Part shown: positions 50,105 through 64,000 of the stretch, piece after piece | Numbering within the stretch: the first letter of the stretch is position 1 | Layout: each line of letters begins with the position of its first letter | NCBI GenBank assembly: GCA_030265395.1 | Contig: JARFYF010000012.1 | Location: 37,383,005 to 37,447,004 of the forward strand | Direction: 5' to 3' | From: Rhina ancylostomus | Lineage: Eukaryota | Length of the DNA stretch: 64,000 nucleotides | The notes under the pieces: model-generated | Told to the model about the DNA's origin: nothing | Seen by the model: only the letters and a program-made list of their open reading frames with translations | Databases searched by the model: none | Translations under genes and position numbers: made by a program

Positions 50105-50655
50105 ATTATATTCACACTACAGAAAGGATGTGGTCATGCTAGAAAGAGTGCAGCAGAGATTCAGCAAGGCGTTGCCTGGGATGGAGGGCTTCAGTTAGAG
50201 AGTTTCGAATGACTGAGATCGTTCCCACTGAAGTGCAGGAAGCCGAGGGGTGACCTTAGAAGCTTATAAGATTATGAGGGGGCATAGATAGGGTAGACAG
50301 TCACAGTTATTTTCCCCAAAGGATGGGGGAGTCTCAAACCAGAGGACGTAGGTTTAAGGTGAGAGGGGAAAGATTTAAAAGAGATCTGAGGGGCAAGTTA
50401 CCCCACATGCAGGGTGGTGGTTATACGGAACAAGCAGCCAGAAGAGGTGACAGAGGCAGGTTCAATCACAGCTTCTGTCACCTCGTCTGGCAGCTTGTTA
50501 CATGTAAACATGTTTAAAAAGCATTCAGCTTAGTACATGGATAGGAAAGGAATAGAGGGGTATGGGCCAAATGCAGGAAAGTGGGACTAGCATAGGCAGG
50601 CATCTTGGTCAGTATGGACAAGTCGGGCTGAAGGGCCTGTTTTTGTGCCGTACAA
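50105..50655 (+). mobile_element. CR1-like (HER1-type) LINE 3' end
   Basis: gaaagagtgcagcagagattc...ggggtgaccttagaagcttataagattatgagggg...aggtttaaggtgagagggg...gggctgaagggcctgtt; a near-identical tail occurs at 31490-31775. Confidence 0.8.
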
Positions 50656-50748
50656 CTCAAAATCGACATCCAGAGGTCAGCTGTGAACTGACAAACAAAA
50701 TAAACCACCACAGCACTGAGAAACCACACAGATTGCTTGAACGTGTAC

Positions 50749-50977
50749 CTCGATATCTTTGCTCCGAGCCACCTCCGTGAAGTTTTCCTGCTGCTCTAAT
50801 GTCTTGTCAACTTTGTCATCAGTCATACAGAAGCAACGCAGACGGGCTTCCACTGGNNNNNNNNNNNNNNNNNNNNNNNNNNNNNNNNNNATGTAGGGGA
50901 CACAAATTAATTCCCTGTAGAGCTGTGTGGCTAAGCTAACAGTTTCTGGCACCTGATGACAATCCACAAGCCAAAAC
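50749..50977 (-). CDS. ANK3: ANK3 exon, 229 nt, UPA domain start (FWLVDCHQV...[32 protein letters not shown]); contains a 34-N gap
   Basis: Acceptor cgcag|G TTT TGG, donor GAG|gtacac; the frame is preserved across Ns at 50857-50890. Confidence 0.95.
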
Positions 50978-51659
50978 CTGCGCATTAAATTACAAACATG
51001 TTCAATGAGATCGTGAGCTTTGCATGCGTTCATATTAACACATTAGACCATTAGAATTGGATATCACAAATTACTTCCAAAATTGGGTTATATGAATATT
51101 TTATTGGCCATTGCTTCTTATTTCATTTCTTTCAGCTCTGACAGCTGATAATTATTAACACAGAGAATCAACAGAGCAGCCATTCTGGTTAAATAATTGG
51201 ATGGAAGTGTCCAATATTTGGGACTTTCCCCACAGTACTGTTGGAATTTTTGATTAATTCAAACTGTCACTATTTATTTTTGTATTAGAAAAGCAGATGT
51301 ACAAATATAGGTGGGGCAGGGCAGAAAGAGTTCAGTCTTTTCTGCCTGTTTGTACCCATACCTACTCCAAACCTGTTCACAGAAATTAATGAAAAGAAAG
51401 TAGCAAATATTATTATTAGTATATATATTTTTCATATGCTTCCTGCCAATAGCAAGTAATAGTAATATATTCTCTGCAGTAGAGGAATGTTCTTTGATTT
51501 TTTGCAAATAATTTGGTGCTGAAAGACTAAAAACTGCTGTGTGGAACTAATTGATTTTGTTTCATCAGCCCTGTAGAACTCATTTGCTGAATGAAAGATT
51601 GTGCAGTAATAAATCTCATGTCATTTTGTGGAAGAAAACTATTGCTAAACTTGGAAATC

Positions 51660-51935
51660 CTTTTGGACGGCACAAGGCACATGCTGCCTTGATCCCGACC
51701 TCTGCTGCTGTCTGTGAGGAGTTTGCATGTGCTCCCTACAACCACAAGGTTGCCTCCCACATCCCAAAGACAGGCAGATTAACCAGCCACTGTAAAATTG
51801 CCCCTGGTGTGCAGATGAGTGGCAGAATCTGGGGTGAATTGCTTGGAATGTGGGAAGAATAAAAAGAGAGTCAGTGTAAATAGCTTCTTGATGGTTGGCA
51901 TGGCCTGGGTGGGCCAATGGACCATGATTCTGTAC
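51660..51935 (+). mobile_element. HE1/V-SINE-like element
   Basis: gaggagtttgcatgtgctcc...cctcccacatcccaaaga...taaaattgcccct...gggccaatggacc. Confidence 0.65.
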
Positions 51936-53964
51936 CGTAAATCTGGAAAGAAGAATAACAAAGTAAAATGAAGGAAATGACATTCAGGTACACTTGATGT
52001 TACTCAGCTGAAAAAGAGCACGAGAGCAGTGTGCACAACTGGGCAACTCCTATTACTATAAAAGGGAGAGAGAAAAACCTTAGAGATCCATAACCAACAG
52101 ACTGCATGATCCAAAGCAGAGAACTGACTGCGGTAGAGACAGATGGGCACATTGTAAAAGGGATATGATAGGATTAAGATTTGGTAATTAAATCAAGGCC
52201 ACCTGTCCCACAAAGCGGAGGGAGCGCTGCCCACAGCTGCTGCCCTCTGACCATGGCTCATCCATCCTGCTGTACTACAAGTTGTCGATATGTTGTAGTT
52301 TGGTGGATCTACAGTCAGGCATGACTTTCCCTGAACAAATTCATGCTGACTCTCCCTGAGTAATCTGTGACTTTCTAAATTAAGCTTCATAATTTATTGC
52401 AGAATTTTGTTCTGAACTGTGTTGGAGACGAAATCTCTTACCTGTGGTTTCTCTTGCACCTTAATGAATAGGCATCTCAACTAAATCTCTGCAATATTCT
52501 GCTCTCGCCCCCTCACCTCCCACCCAGATCAACAACTGTTAAAAGACAGTTGGACAGGTAAATGGATTGGAAAGGTTCAGAAGGCTATGGACCGAGCTTG
52601 GATGGGGCATCTTGGTCGGCATGGACCAGTTGGGCCAAAGGGCCTGTTTCCGTGCTCTGTGACTCTATGATAAGCAGAAAAAACCTGTAGGATCAGTTGA
52701 AAACCCATGCCTGCAACACTGACAAACATGATCACCACAAATGCACCAAACCTTTCTGCAAAATCCTTACAGGCATCAGAGGAGAGAGAGCATTGTGGGG
52801 TTCAGCCATTCTTGTGATACCATTGTATTAAAGACATGAATAAAGCCCTGACTGTACACTTCTACCCACCAAAGATGTACCCTCAGCACTGGAGTAAAGA
52901 GGAGCTGCAAATTCCTATACATTGATGGTTTTGTCAAGAGCAGACTCCCCTGACCATCCACATTTGGCCTACAGTATAACTGAATACAAGATATTCCATC
53001 ATCAAACATGACCTATTCAGTTACCACCATTAGACAAGGGAGGTCAATAAATATTTCTTGGGATTTTGGCTTGTTATAATGCTTTCATCCTGAGACCCAG
53101 CTGTATAAAGATGATTCCTTAAAAGATTGAATGAGGAACACTGACAGCTTTGTTCATGGGATTACTTTTCAGTGAATAAGATGGCTAAATGGATCCCTTG
53201 AAGTTGTATTTGGTGCAGACTTCACACATGATACAGATCTTGAAATTCTGATGTAAAAACAAAATACTAGGGATGTGATGCTTCCTGACCTGCTGAATTT
53301 CCCTGGGATTTCTGTTTTAATTTGTGGAGAAACTAGCTACATTTCTTGGACTGATTGTCCCTCAGCTGAGTTCTGGAGAAATGGGTTCACCTGACTAGTT
53401 TTTTCACAAATCCGATTAAAAGACGTGTTTTAAATTCTTAAAGAATTACCAACTAAAAAGCATTAACTCCAAAATAGCTAACGCAGAATATTAACAATTA
53501 TTTAATGATCAAAATTATGCCACGAAGTAAAATAGCACAGTGGGAATTGTGCTAGAAGTTAATGTGAGTTCTGTGACTGAATCTTGAGTATCAGCTCAGA
53601 ATATAAATGGTATTGTGATGCAGTGCTGTTATGCCAGGACTGTTACAGAAAGGCATCCAATTAGTCAATAGCAATTTTTTAAAAAACATTTGAAACACCA
53701 AAACATTATCCAAATATAACGTGCATACATTTAAATGATACGATTAAAGAAAGACTTCCTCCTGAATTGTTCACATTCCAGTACCACAAGCAGTTTCTCA
53801 TGCACTTTTGTACCACAGGGAAGAGATGATGATTGGCTCGATGAGGGGGTTTGACACATTTTTGGCACTGATTAGACTGAACAAACTGGCAGACAGTACT
53901 GAGTTGGGGTGCCACGTATAGGGCAGGGTGGGAGAGAGCATGAAAAGTTTTGGATAAACTGTAC

Positions 53965-54061
53965 CTGGCTGAGACATTTGTTGTGAATGAAACCCCTTCA
54001 CTGACAAAAGTTAATGGTGTTGTTCCAGTTATGTCTTCCCACTGTGCAGGTGATGTGCCTC
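53965..54061 (-). CDS. ANK3: ANK3 exon, 97 nt ([33 protein letters not shown])
   Basis: Acceptor cttag|GA GGC, donor GCC AG|gtacag; conserved ankyrin motif [12 protein letters not shown]. Confidence 0.95.
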
Positions 54062-55439
54062 CTAAGCAATGACAAAAAAATGGCAGATGTGAACAAAGAA
54101 AAATTAGGCTATCTAAATGTCTATACAGGAATAATAATATTAATCAACAGATTTTAAATCCCAATATATTCCACAGCTGGTACTTATGCAATTGGTGGAT
54201 TAAGCTTTCAGATCCAAATATAGAATTATAAGAAGTCCAGAGTGTCCATCATCACCTTCATCAAGGCTGAACAATAATAATTTACTGAATATATTTCTAT
54301 ACATTATAGGAACAGAAAAAGAACTAAATCTCTGGAAGTTCCCAAGCCCCTTACCGTATGGAATCGGTAAAGGTGAGTACTTGAGGGTCAGCATGGATGT
54401 GGTAGGCTGAAGGGCCTGTTTCTGAGCTGTATGACTCTATTGCAATTGTACTGGTACTTATGCCTGGAATTTTCCTCAGTCATACATGAATTGGTTGCTG
54501 CACAATGGGCCATTTTAATCACGGTCCTGCTGATTGAAAGTTGATCAGCACAAGAGGCCCAAGAATTGGATACTGCTTAACGGGCTCACACTTGGAAAGG
54601 CTGTTCCTTTGAGTGCTGTGTGGCTGCAGACAAGGGATCAAATGCAAGGATGTTGGGATGTTGTAAGAATTATGGATCAGAAGGGAGTGGGGGTGGGGGG
54701 GGGGGTGGAAGGGGAGAGGGAACCGAAATCTTAATCAAGATGACAGTTGGCTGCCAGCAATCAGTAGCGGGGTCTGTATTCACTGGGCTTGGTAAGGATT
54801 GTGGGCACAAGGCGTCAGTGAATCAGGGAGTTCCAATCACAGAATTAAGGGCATGTCAAGGGTTGCTGTAGCTGAGATGGGGAGTCTCATGGTGGGTTGG
54901 ATGATTGGTGCTGGGGTATTGGGGCAGGGGTCTGTGGTTAAGTAAGGCAATCAATGTTAACTGGGTATCAGGACATTCACAAGATCACAAGACCACATTG
55001 GTGTCAGAAGGGCTGGAAAGCCACTGTGGGGGAAGGGAGAGGCATGGTGGGGGGGGGGTGGTGGGGGCAAAGGAAAGTTGCTAAATGAATAACTTAAAGC
55101 ACCTACCCAAGTCAGGGTCCCAGCACTGGGCTGGCATCTGTTCAAAGTGGCCCTTTTCAAATCACACAGCAGTGAACAAGTGGTGTAAAAACCCAGGTGG
55201 GTTTGAGTGACGAACAATCCAACAGAGCAATAGGACCTAATTACTTCAGTAAATGCTCTAAATGAGCATTGCATTGGGAATGACATCAATGAGTACATGT
55301 GCAATTTAGAAAACAGCTGATGCTCAAAGGTCTTAACCTTGCAGGTGATATTCGCATCCCAAGAAGGAAAGTGAAAAATGATACATAGTTGATTTGAGCA
55401 ACCATTTCACATTTAGAAAATCACTGCACTTCAATGAAT

Positions 55440-55468
55440 CTTGTCAAGTGGAACTTGTCAAGTGGAAC
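55440..55468 (+). repeat. 14-bp tandem duplication (cttgtcaagtggaa x2) just inside an intron
   Basis: Direct read. Confidence 0.85.
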
Positions 55469-55487
55469 AGGGTTATGTCAAACCAAC

Positions 55488-55686
55488 CTGTTATACTACA
55501 CAGCAGGCGGAGGCTTGGAGCATCTCTGCTTCCATTTGATACATCCCCTGATGCTGATGGTACTGGAATAGTCATGGTAATAGGCTTGTGGAATTTCCTT
55601 CTTCTTGGCTCCACAGTTACAATTGGACTAAACGTGGCTCTGTTCCCAAGAATCTTTTTGACAAGTTCATCTGGGACTGGCTGGGC
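55488..55686 (-). CDS. ANK3: ANK3 exon, 199 nt, ZU5-C ([43 protein letters not shown]...LRLLCSIT)
   Basis: Acceptor ccatag|GCC CAG, donor ACA G|gttggt; phase 0 to 1. Not in the ORF track, read by hand. Confidence 0.95.
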
Positions 55687-57799
55687 CTATGGAACAAGCA
55701 CAAAGCAAAGTTAAAGCTAGATAACAAGTACCGTGTGTGCTATCACATTCAAATGGAAGCAAGCAAGACAGGGATCCAGGGTAGAGTTCAAGCTTCAGCA
55801 TCAGTCAGTCATACAGGCATTGCAAATCAAATAACAATGCTCTGTATTTGACAATGCTCTCTGATCTACAAGTGGACCAATAAATACAATGGCCAAGGAC
55901 CTGAGATTGCACAACTTCTCTGCAGCGTTTCCAAACCATCCTATTTATATCATAACAAATTCACTCAGGTCCATCTCCCCAACTATGGCATTTCTAATAA
56001 CCTTGAATTCTATTTGTTGACATCTGCCTAGTTTCTTCTGAAGGTTGCTTGTTTTACCATCTCTGACAGAAATATGTCACATAAACTGATCATTCTTTGG
56101 TCAAAAGTGGAAAGACCCAAGCTAGTTAATCTAGAGGATGAGTAATGTAATGTAATGCACCAGCATGAAGAAGTCATCAAGGGAATGCAGATTTTTTATG
56201 GCTGAAGTTTCAATGTTATGGTCATCTCAAGTACAAGTTGCAATCAGTTAAGAAAACAACCACATTCAACCATGACTCTGGTTAGCACCAGCAACCTCAC
56301 AATCAATTTGTAAAAATGACCTCCTGGAAATAATCTGAAAATGTTAATTCATGCATCTTTTATTTCAAATAGGGGGCACCCTCAAACGGCTGATCAGTGA
56401 GATTAACTGTGTGCTGATTCCGAACTGGGGCTTTCTCCAAGGGAAGCTTTCCTCTAGGGGCGTGAGATTAGTGAATTTATCCTGTGGCACCAGAGACGAG
56501 GTGTAAAATACATCACAACTGAATAAACTACTGTGTGAACTGGGAAGCAGTCTTAGATCAATGGGAAGACTTAGACTTTCTTCTTCAAGGCCTGTAAACC
56601 TATAGTTATGCAAGATTCTAGTGAAGGAGAACAGTACATCACTCCAAAAGTTATAATCCCAAGGAAAGTTGGCAAACCCATCAGTAACAGCTGTGCATAT
56701 CTGGAATTGTCAGAATGATGAGCTCATTATCGGAAAGAGTCCTAATGGGTTTGCAAGCACTTTCACAAAATTGCATCATCCTATTGCAGTTGTAATGAAG
56801 AGGGTAAAATATTGAAGACAGACTGATAAGCATTGTGAAATTAAGGAAAAATCCAAATGTCATGAAGTATTTTAGGTTTCTTCAGAAATTAGAGATACAG
56901 AAAACCAGTCTATGATAAAAATGAAAAGGCAGCCACACAGTCAGCCTCCTCTGATGTTAAAACTTTGCCATTTCACAAGCTGTGGATTATGCTTATATTG
57001 TTTATGAAATGTTTCTGTGTTATCCGGCACAGTGGTCACGTTATTGAACTAGTAAATCCACAGGGCCGATTAACAATATAATGACATATGGTCAAATTCC
57101 AAAGGAGTTAGAAAATTTAAATTTATTTATTTAAATAGTCTGAGTTTAAGAAGAAATAAGCTCAGTTATGGTGACCGTGGAANNNNNNNNNNNNNNNNNN
57201 NNNNNNNNNNNNNNNNNNNNNNNNNNNNNNNNNNNNNNNNTGGTGATCAGACGTGCAGCAACTGACTAATTCTTAAGTGGCCCAGAAGACCATTCAGTAA
57301 TGTCACATCTGCTCTGTAAAACTAAATGAGGTAAAAGTCAAACTGGAATCAAAATGAGGTAAAAATTGATCTCCGATAAAGCAGAGTTATTCCCAGCTGA
57401 GTCCATGGTGCGAAGTCTTCCTGCAAATATCTGGGGATTTGAGAAACTGTCAACCATCAACTGATAGTCATTACCAGCCTTTAAGACTCCTTTGTTGTTC
57501 TTCTGCAATCCCTCATGATCAAGGATGAATGCCTTCATCTCCAGTTTTGTGGGTTTCGAACCAATGTGGGAACTGCAGATACTTCCACAAATGGGGCAAG
57601 TGGTGCCTGACGGAACAGACATATACTGGTTTGTAATTTGGTCCATTCCTTCTACTAAACAGGGTCTCTGGGCACTTCCAATACATGAACTAGAAGTTCT
57701 CAACACCATACAGAATACACCTACTCCAATTTGAGCTATCATAGGCTAGAGATTCCCAGGACTCAGTGGGGACTCCCACAGGCATTTTGACTACTCCTT

Positions 57800-58510
57800 C
57801 TCTCACCGTACTTCCAGTTTCTCCACCTCTACCACACATATTCTGATGACAATACTATTCATGCCAGGGCTGGAGAGATCTTCCCTTTTTCTTAATTGTG
57901 GCTTTCCCTCTGACGTGACTCCCATTGCAAATGTTTCACTTCCCAGACTCCTGCTTACAACCAAAATGGACAGGGCTCCTTCTGTCCTCATCTTCCACCA
58001 CATTAGCCTCCGAACTCAATGGACCATCCTGACTAGTTTCCCCTACCTTCAATGTGATGCCACCACAAGCCATCATTCCCTCCCCTCCCATTTCACCATT
58101 TGAAGAGTCAATTCCCTCTGCGATTCTCTGGTTCATTCTTTCATTTCAAATGAAATCCACTCCCCTACTGCGATACTTTCTCATGCAGCTGCAGGAGAGG
58201 CAACATGTGCCTTCTTAGCACTTCCTGTCCTGCCTTTCAGTCCCAAAACAGTCCTCAAAGGTGCAGCAGCAATTCACTCATACTCGACAGTTTAGTGTAC
58301 TGCACTGAGTGCTCCTGTACATTGTCACCCAAACACAGATTGGGTGATTGGTTTGCAGAACACCTGGATTCAGTGTATAACGGTGATCCTGAGCTTCCAG
58401 TTGCTTGTCGCTTTAATTCTCCATGCTGCTCCCATTCTGACCTTTCTGCCTTTGACCTCTTACATTCTTCCACTGAAGATGAAGGCAAGCTCGAGGAACA
58501 TTAAGCTCAA
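57800..58510 (+). mobile_element. Penelope-like retroelement relic (decayed GIY-YIG endonuclease region)
   Basis: The translation contains LVYC..C...KHRLGDWFAEHL.SV....PELPVACRFNSP..SHSDLS, typical of Penelope GIY-YIG C-termini; frameshifted. Confidence 0.65.
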
Positions 58511-61423
58511 CAAAGAATTCAGCAATTTTTGTCACCCATCCTTTCCAGCTTGTGTCAAAACCAGAATGTTTTGGTGTAAAAGCAGGGAATGCCAGAGTGT
58601 TTGGGTGATTGGTGACTCCCCTCCTGTTACCCCAAAGCCTTTCCATCATCTACAAGGCACAAGTCAGGAACGTGATGGAACACTGTCTACTTGCCCAAAT
58701 TGAACGCAACTGCAACAACTATCAAGAAGCTAAACACTATCGAGGATAATGCAGCCTTCTTGAATGGCAACCCATTCACCACATAAAAAATTAATTCCCC
58801 CAACCACTGGCACCCCATGGCTCCAGCCTGTACCATCTACAAAATGCATTGTACTTGTCTTGGCACCAGCAGCACTTCTTGAACCTCCGATTATTAGCAC
58901 CAAGGTCAAGGCAGCAGGTGCATGGAAACACCATCAAATGCAGGCTTACCTCTAATTCACAAGTCTTCCTGACATGGAAATAAATTATTCTTCCTTCGTG
59001 GTTGCTTGATACAAATTCTGGAGCCAATTAACTAACAATATTTGAAGCATTTTCAGAGAACTGCAACAGTTCAAGGCTGTAGCTCATATCCTCCTCCTGC
59101 AGAGCTATTATGGATGGGAAATATATGCCGGTCTTGCCACAGATACCATTTCCTAAAAAATTACTGAGAAATCTTGGCTACTGCTGTGGCAGGATGTACC
59201 CACTTAACTTGTGGACAGACTCCAGGACACTGGCACATAGCACAATTTGCTGAGTCATAAATCACACTGGTCAATTTCTGGTCATTGGACCTGACTTCAA
59301 GTCAATGAAGTTTGAGGTTGGGAATTGGTCTGAAATATTGGTAACCATTTATATTGCTGGTCCAATGGCATAGTTCAAGAGGTGCCAAGGAAACCCGTCA
59401 TTTGAGGAGTGAACCTCTTTTTCTTTGACATTAACTGGTCCATTTGACAAAAATCCTGAGGGTATTTGAGAAGGGTAGCAGAGATAAACCAGATAATTAC
59501 AGGCCTGTGAGTCTAACATCAGTGATAGGGAAGTTATTGGAAAAGTTTCTGAGGGACAGGATTAATTGGCTCTTGGAAAGGTAGGGATTAATCAAAGACC
59601 GTCAGAACTTGTAGTGTTCAAAGTAGAGGATCAACAGTGCAGCAGATCCAATGGGCCAAATGCCCCATGACCAATCCTATTTCTTACATTCTCATGACCA
59701 CAAACTGGAAAGAATGCATGCACATTGATGTGGAATCTTCCCCATCTTTCTGCAGAGCAAGGTCCCACCAACATCAATAGAAAAATAGGAAAATAAAAGG
59801 GAAAAGTTCCATGAGTGGTAACACTATTCCTGGTGGAAACTGATACTACATGCCACTCGTAGCTGAGCAGCAATGATGGCTCAGGCTGGGTATGTACTGT
59901 ATCTGCAGCATATCAATATCCAAGGCCAACATAACCTTACAGAACACATTCATACAGAACAGATTCGTTATCATTTGTTTTGGTGTTCTAGCATTGACTG
60001 GGCAACTCAAGTGCTCGAGTTGACATTACACTGGGAATTCTAAACCGTGAAGTCAAAGAAAAAGTGGATTATCTTTGATCAATTCCAATTTTGCAGACTG
60101 TTACACTTTAACATTTGCTTGTGAAATTCACTAAACACGTAACGGTGTTGCAGTCATCAGGATTCAGAAGACACTGCCTTTATAGACCCAGCAACACAAA
60201 ATGACCACCCCACCCACCCCCCCCAGAACTAAAACAAGAAACTCAAAGCTGCATTTAACTTGCTTATGATCACGTTCAGAGACATGCATTGTATACTTCC
60301 AAAAAAGTGTGATACCATGTTAATGTCGATCCACTTTGGTTCACACTATTTTTCATGGCTTATTCTAACGTAGCAGAAAGATCTAAATCCGCAGCTGGAT
60401 TGAACTGAACATCTCACAGGAATTGATTCTTTCCTAAAAAGTCATTACGGCGTTTTCAGAAAATGCAGTCTTTTAGCCAATATACATATGCTGATCAGCA
60501 CATAACCACCCACTAGAGTTGTTTAATGGAAGCGCTAATTCCATAACCTTCTGCTCCCAGGGGGAGTTACACACGGAGGAAGTGTGGGTTAGAGAACTGC
60601 AGTGTTGTTAACCAATCTCTTTCCTGCACTGCCCTTTTAGTACAGATTTACTGCTAGCAGCAAGAGACTTCAGAAATGGCTCAGCATTTATATTGTTGCA
60701 AAACCTTTTAGAAGGTTGCAAAATCTATTTAGTTACAACTGATAATGCATTTAATCCATTTTACCTTTTTATTTTGACCAATTTGATCTGTAGCCAAAAA
60801 GAAGAAATAAATAAGGAAGCTCTTTGCTATAACTCTACGGTTTTATAATAGAGGATGCCACTTAACACGTGGCTGTTCTTTGGAGCTCTACAAACAAAAA
60901 CAATGCACGTCGCTCTCCCTGTGACAGATTTCATTTAATTTTCCCTCAAAAGATACAATTGTCTTGGTGGAAAAAAGTGCCTGTGGCTGAGTTTTCCGTT
61001 TCACAGGAACACAATTCCTCAGTGGAAGAAACTGTTTTTTTTAACCATTCTTTTTCGTGGCCAAGTGATAACCTTAAAGTGATGACCCCCTCAACCCCAT
61101 CACTTTTTTCCCCAATAGTGCACAAGTAGCCCAAGGCTAAAGCCTTCCCATTTAACCGAAACAAAGCCCTTCATAATTTCAGAAAATATGCTTTAAATCT
61201 CCCCTCCACCACGCATTTTCCATAACAGTTGCCTTTCTGTAGCCAAGTTATATTTTTGTAATCAAAATTAATGCCAAATGAAAATTTTGAACAAGACTCA
61301 TGGGATAAGATCTACATATTGTAGATCTTATTCCATGCTCCTCACCAAGCTCCCAACCAACACTTCCACCATCCCGAACATTAAGCATAACAAAACCAAA
61401 CACCAAAACAAATGCCCAGTTAC

Positions 61424-61635
61424 CTGTAGCCCCACTCGGATTCTTTTGGTCAAGGCTCCGTCTGGGAAGGATGCTTGCACACTTGGAATGGTTGTGCTGC
61501 TTAACATTCCTCCTTCAGGCCCCATTTGATTACTTTCTTGCTTGATCCGAGATACAACCGCAAAATACTGGGGAAAATCCTTGGTAACAACACGACAGAT
61601 GCGCTTCTTCTCCAGTTCTTCGACACTATCGAGTT
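61424..61635 (-). CDS. ANK3: ANK3 exon, 212 nt, ZU5-N end and ZU5-C start ([30 protein letters not shown]...KRIRVGLQ)
   Basis: Acceptor tttag|AA CTC, donor CAG|gtaact; canonical ankyrin spectrin-binding-domain peptide. Confidence 0.96.
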
Positions 61636-62169
61636 CTAAATCAGAACACATTTAGATGGCTATTTGAGAGCACTTTTCAGCTTCAATATCCGACTTTAAC
61701 ACGAATGTTATTTCCATTATTGCCTTCCAAAAAGGATCAGTCTGTAAATTATTTCTTCCACTCAAATCAAAATAAAACTGGTGAAAATTACAATACATCA
61801 GGCCACTAGTTAGAGGCCTGTACTAGGCCTGGACAATTGATCTGGAGACACAAGACTGAAAGCCACCACAGTAATCAAATAAATCCGGAACAGAAATATA
61901 GTGATGACTTTGAAACTACCACATATATATACCTGTCTAGTTTACTGATGACCTTAAGAGGACATCTGTCTTCCTTACATGTCCACCCATGTGACCTCAC
62001 GCCCTCCACAATGGTTAATTCTTAGCTGCCATCTAAATAGTTCAGTAAACCATTCAGTTCACAGACAACTAGGGGAAGCTGGCAAGTCCCCCAACCTATG
62101 CATGAAAAATTCACCACACAGGAGACCATTCAACCCATCCTATTTGTCAAGGCTGTTCATAAAAGCTAT

Positions 62170-62620
62170 CCAATTAATTCCACTTGCAATGCTCCCATCC
62201 CAATTTCCTTAGATTTGCTGTTTTTCCCTTTTCAAATATTTATCCAACTCCCTTTTCAAAGTTACCATTACTTACCACTGAAAGTTCTTAACTCTTTATT
62301 CCAGATCATAAAAATAACTGTGTAAAAAGTCAAGTTCAGTTCTCCCTCAGTTCTTTTGCTGATTATCTTAAACCAGAGTCCTCTGGTCATCAGTCCACCA
62401 GCGAATGGAATCAGCCTAATCTAATACATGCAGCCTAAACCCTTTAAGGTTTTGAACATCTCTGTTAAGCCTTGCCTGAGTGAATAATCCAAGTCTCTGT
62501 AATGTTTTCACATAATCCAAGTTTCTCACAACTGGCTGAGTACAAGAAGTCTGCCCTACAGCCGGAGTAAACTTCCGACACACCTTCTAGCATGTATTGT
62601 AGTTCAGGCCTTTCTAATGA
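62170..62620 (-). mobile_element. Degenerate CR1-like LINE 3' fragment
   Basis: cccttttcaaatatttatccaactccc...ttccagatcataa...cctctggtc; antisense LINE tail. Confidence 0.45.
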
Positions 62621-64000
62621 TTTGGCCCATTGCACTTTTGCCACTATCCTTCATCTTTCTGGAGCTTAGGTCTGTTATTTCACTTCCTCACATCCTTTCA
62701 AATAACTTCTTTCAGAATTAAAAATTTCCTATTGAATTATTATTTTCTAAATTGTTATATTTATTTTGCTTATGTTCTGTTAAGAATTGATAAAAAATAA
62801 TCTAAAATCATCATGTCGAATGCAGAGTTACTGCCGAGCATCCCCCTCGTCAGATGACCATGGATTCCACTCCTACAGTTTAAGGTGGTTCACAGGACCC
62901 ACATGTCCAAAGATAAGCTAGCTCGTCTTTATAATCATATAAATCCACTAGTATTACTAGATCTCTTTGTAAGATATCTATCAATTGATAGATGTAAATC
63001 AAACGTGGCCTCTTTGACACACGTTTTCATCCTGTCCTCTTTTGGAACAGTACTGGATAGATATTTTTAACATCATTTCAAAGGTATTGAGGGTCGATTT
63101 ACAACCGCAGCCTATTACTGCAATTTTCGGATTACCAAGGATTGAATCTGGCCATTTACCTACTTCCGCTAATTGTATGATTGCCTTTGTCACACTAATG
63201 GCCAAGCGATCTATTTAGCTTAAATGGAAGGATCCAATACCCCCCACTACCTTTCAGTGGTTTTCTCAAACTATGTCATGTTTAAACTTGGAAAAAATTA
63301 GGAGTGGTACTGTTGATCCTTCGCTTAAATTTGANNNNNNNNNNNNNNNNNNNNNNNNNNNNNNNNNNNNNNNNNNNNNNNNNNNNNNNNNNNNNNNNNN
63401 NNNNNNNNNNNNNNNNNNNNNNNNNNNNNNNNNNTGTAAGATATGTACAAACTTTGATGCCATATACCATTTGTATTGATTTGAAACTAATAAAAAAGAT
63501 TGAAAAAGAAAGAAAGGATTCCACTCCAAGATTCAAGTATTCAATCTACATTGGCAAGAAGCCCAATGGGAATCCAGCAAAGTAATTAAGCTACTGTGAA
63601 ATATTTGGCTTGGTCCTCAAGGCATGAAAAATATTGTATTAATGCATGTTCCTTCTTTGATAAAAGAATGGATACAGTAAGTGAAAAGGAGAAGAAGAAA
63701 GACAAGGCAAAGAGTAAAATTCAAATGCAACATAACTCAAATAAGTGAAACTAGCACGCTGCCTATCACTTATTGAGATTAGAGTCTGGAATTTCCAATC
63801 TATAGCTGCTTAAAAATAAGTGAGGTATAAAGAGAAGAAAACGAACGAGAACAGATGAGAGAGAAAGAACAATGCTGGTACTATGAGATCCAAGCACCAA
63901 CTGCAGGAAGTATTGAATAAAATAGAGAATACAGGAACTAAATGGGAAGTCAGTCAACAGCTGTGGAGAGAAGAACAGAATTAATGTTATAGGTTGATGA

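Larger units (their letters stand above)
900..64000 (-). other. ANK3: Ankyrin-3 (ankyrin-G) gene, 3' half; the 5' part lies beyond the window end and the 3' end position is approximate
   Basis: An ordered series of GT-AG exons on the minus strand encodes ZU5-ZU5-UPA, the giant insert, a death domain and the C-terminal regulatory region. ANK3-diagnostic peptides include DRRQSFASIALRKRYSYL, GPQSPCERTDIR and EGYKV...KKTH*. Confidence 0.97.

Noticed and set aside
57800-58510. Potentially active or domesticated GIY-YIG nuclease gene
   Set aside because: Frameshifted, with the catalytic YIG motif missing; a decayed Penelope-like copy.
1-64000. Prokaryote-type systems (CRISPR arrays, operons), tRNA or rRNA genes
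   Set aside because: No regularly spaced repeats or RNA genes were seen; tRNA-like boxes belong to SINE heads.

Overview
This is eukaryotic, AT-rich vertebrate genomic DNA. The repeat content (HE1/V-SINE-like, Deu-domain SINE-like, CR1-like LINE and Penelope-like fragments) points to a cartilaginous fish, which is my inference. The whole window is the 3' half of an ankyrin-3 (ankyrin-G, ANK3) gene on the minus strand. It contains the ZU5/UPA exons (61635-46275), a 27-nt microexon, an 85-nt exon, an intact 7,809-nt neuronal giant exon (34957-42765) and three death-domain exons. Further 3' lie a 691/94-nt exon with two acceptors, a 394-nt regulatory exon, three muscle-type obscurin-binding exons, the stop-codon exon (5700-5801) and a 3' UTR exon starting at 3565. 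All called junctions are GT-AG and phase-compatible. The gene is well known, so the most interesting points concern splicing architecture: apparent absence of the internal donor that yields the mammalian 270-kDa isoform, candidate alternative C-terminal exons (one behind a (TG)14 tract and ending in a PDZ-type motif), a SINE tail supplying the terminal acceptor, and an inverted repeat bracketing the 3' alternative exons. One 100-N gap inside an exon looks like an assembly artefact. All comparisons to human or rodent proteins and repeat consensuses are from memory and need confirming by alignment.
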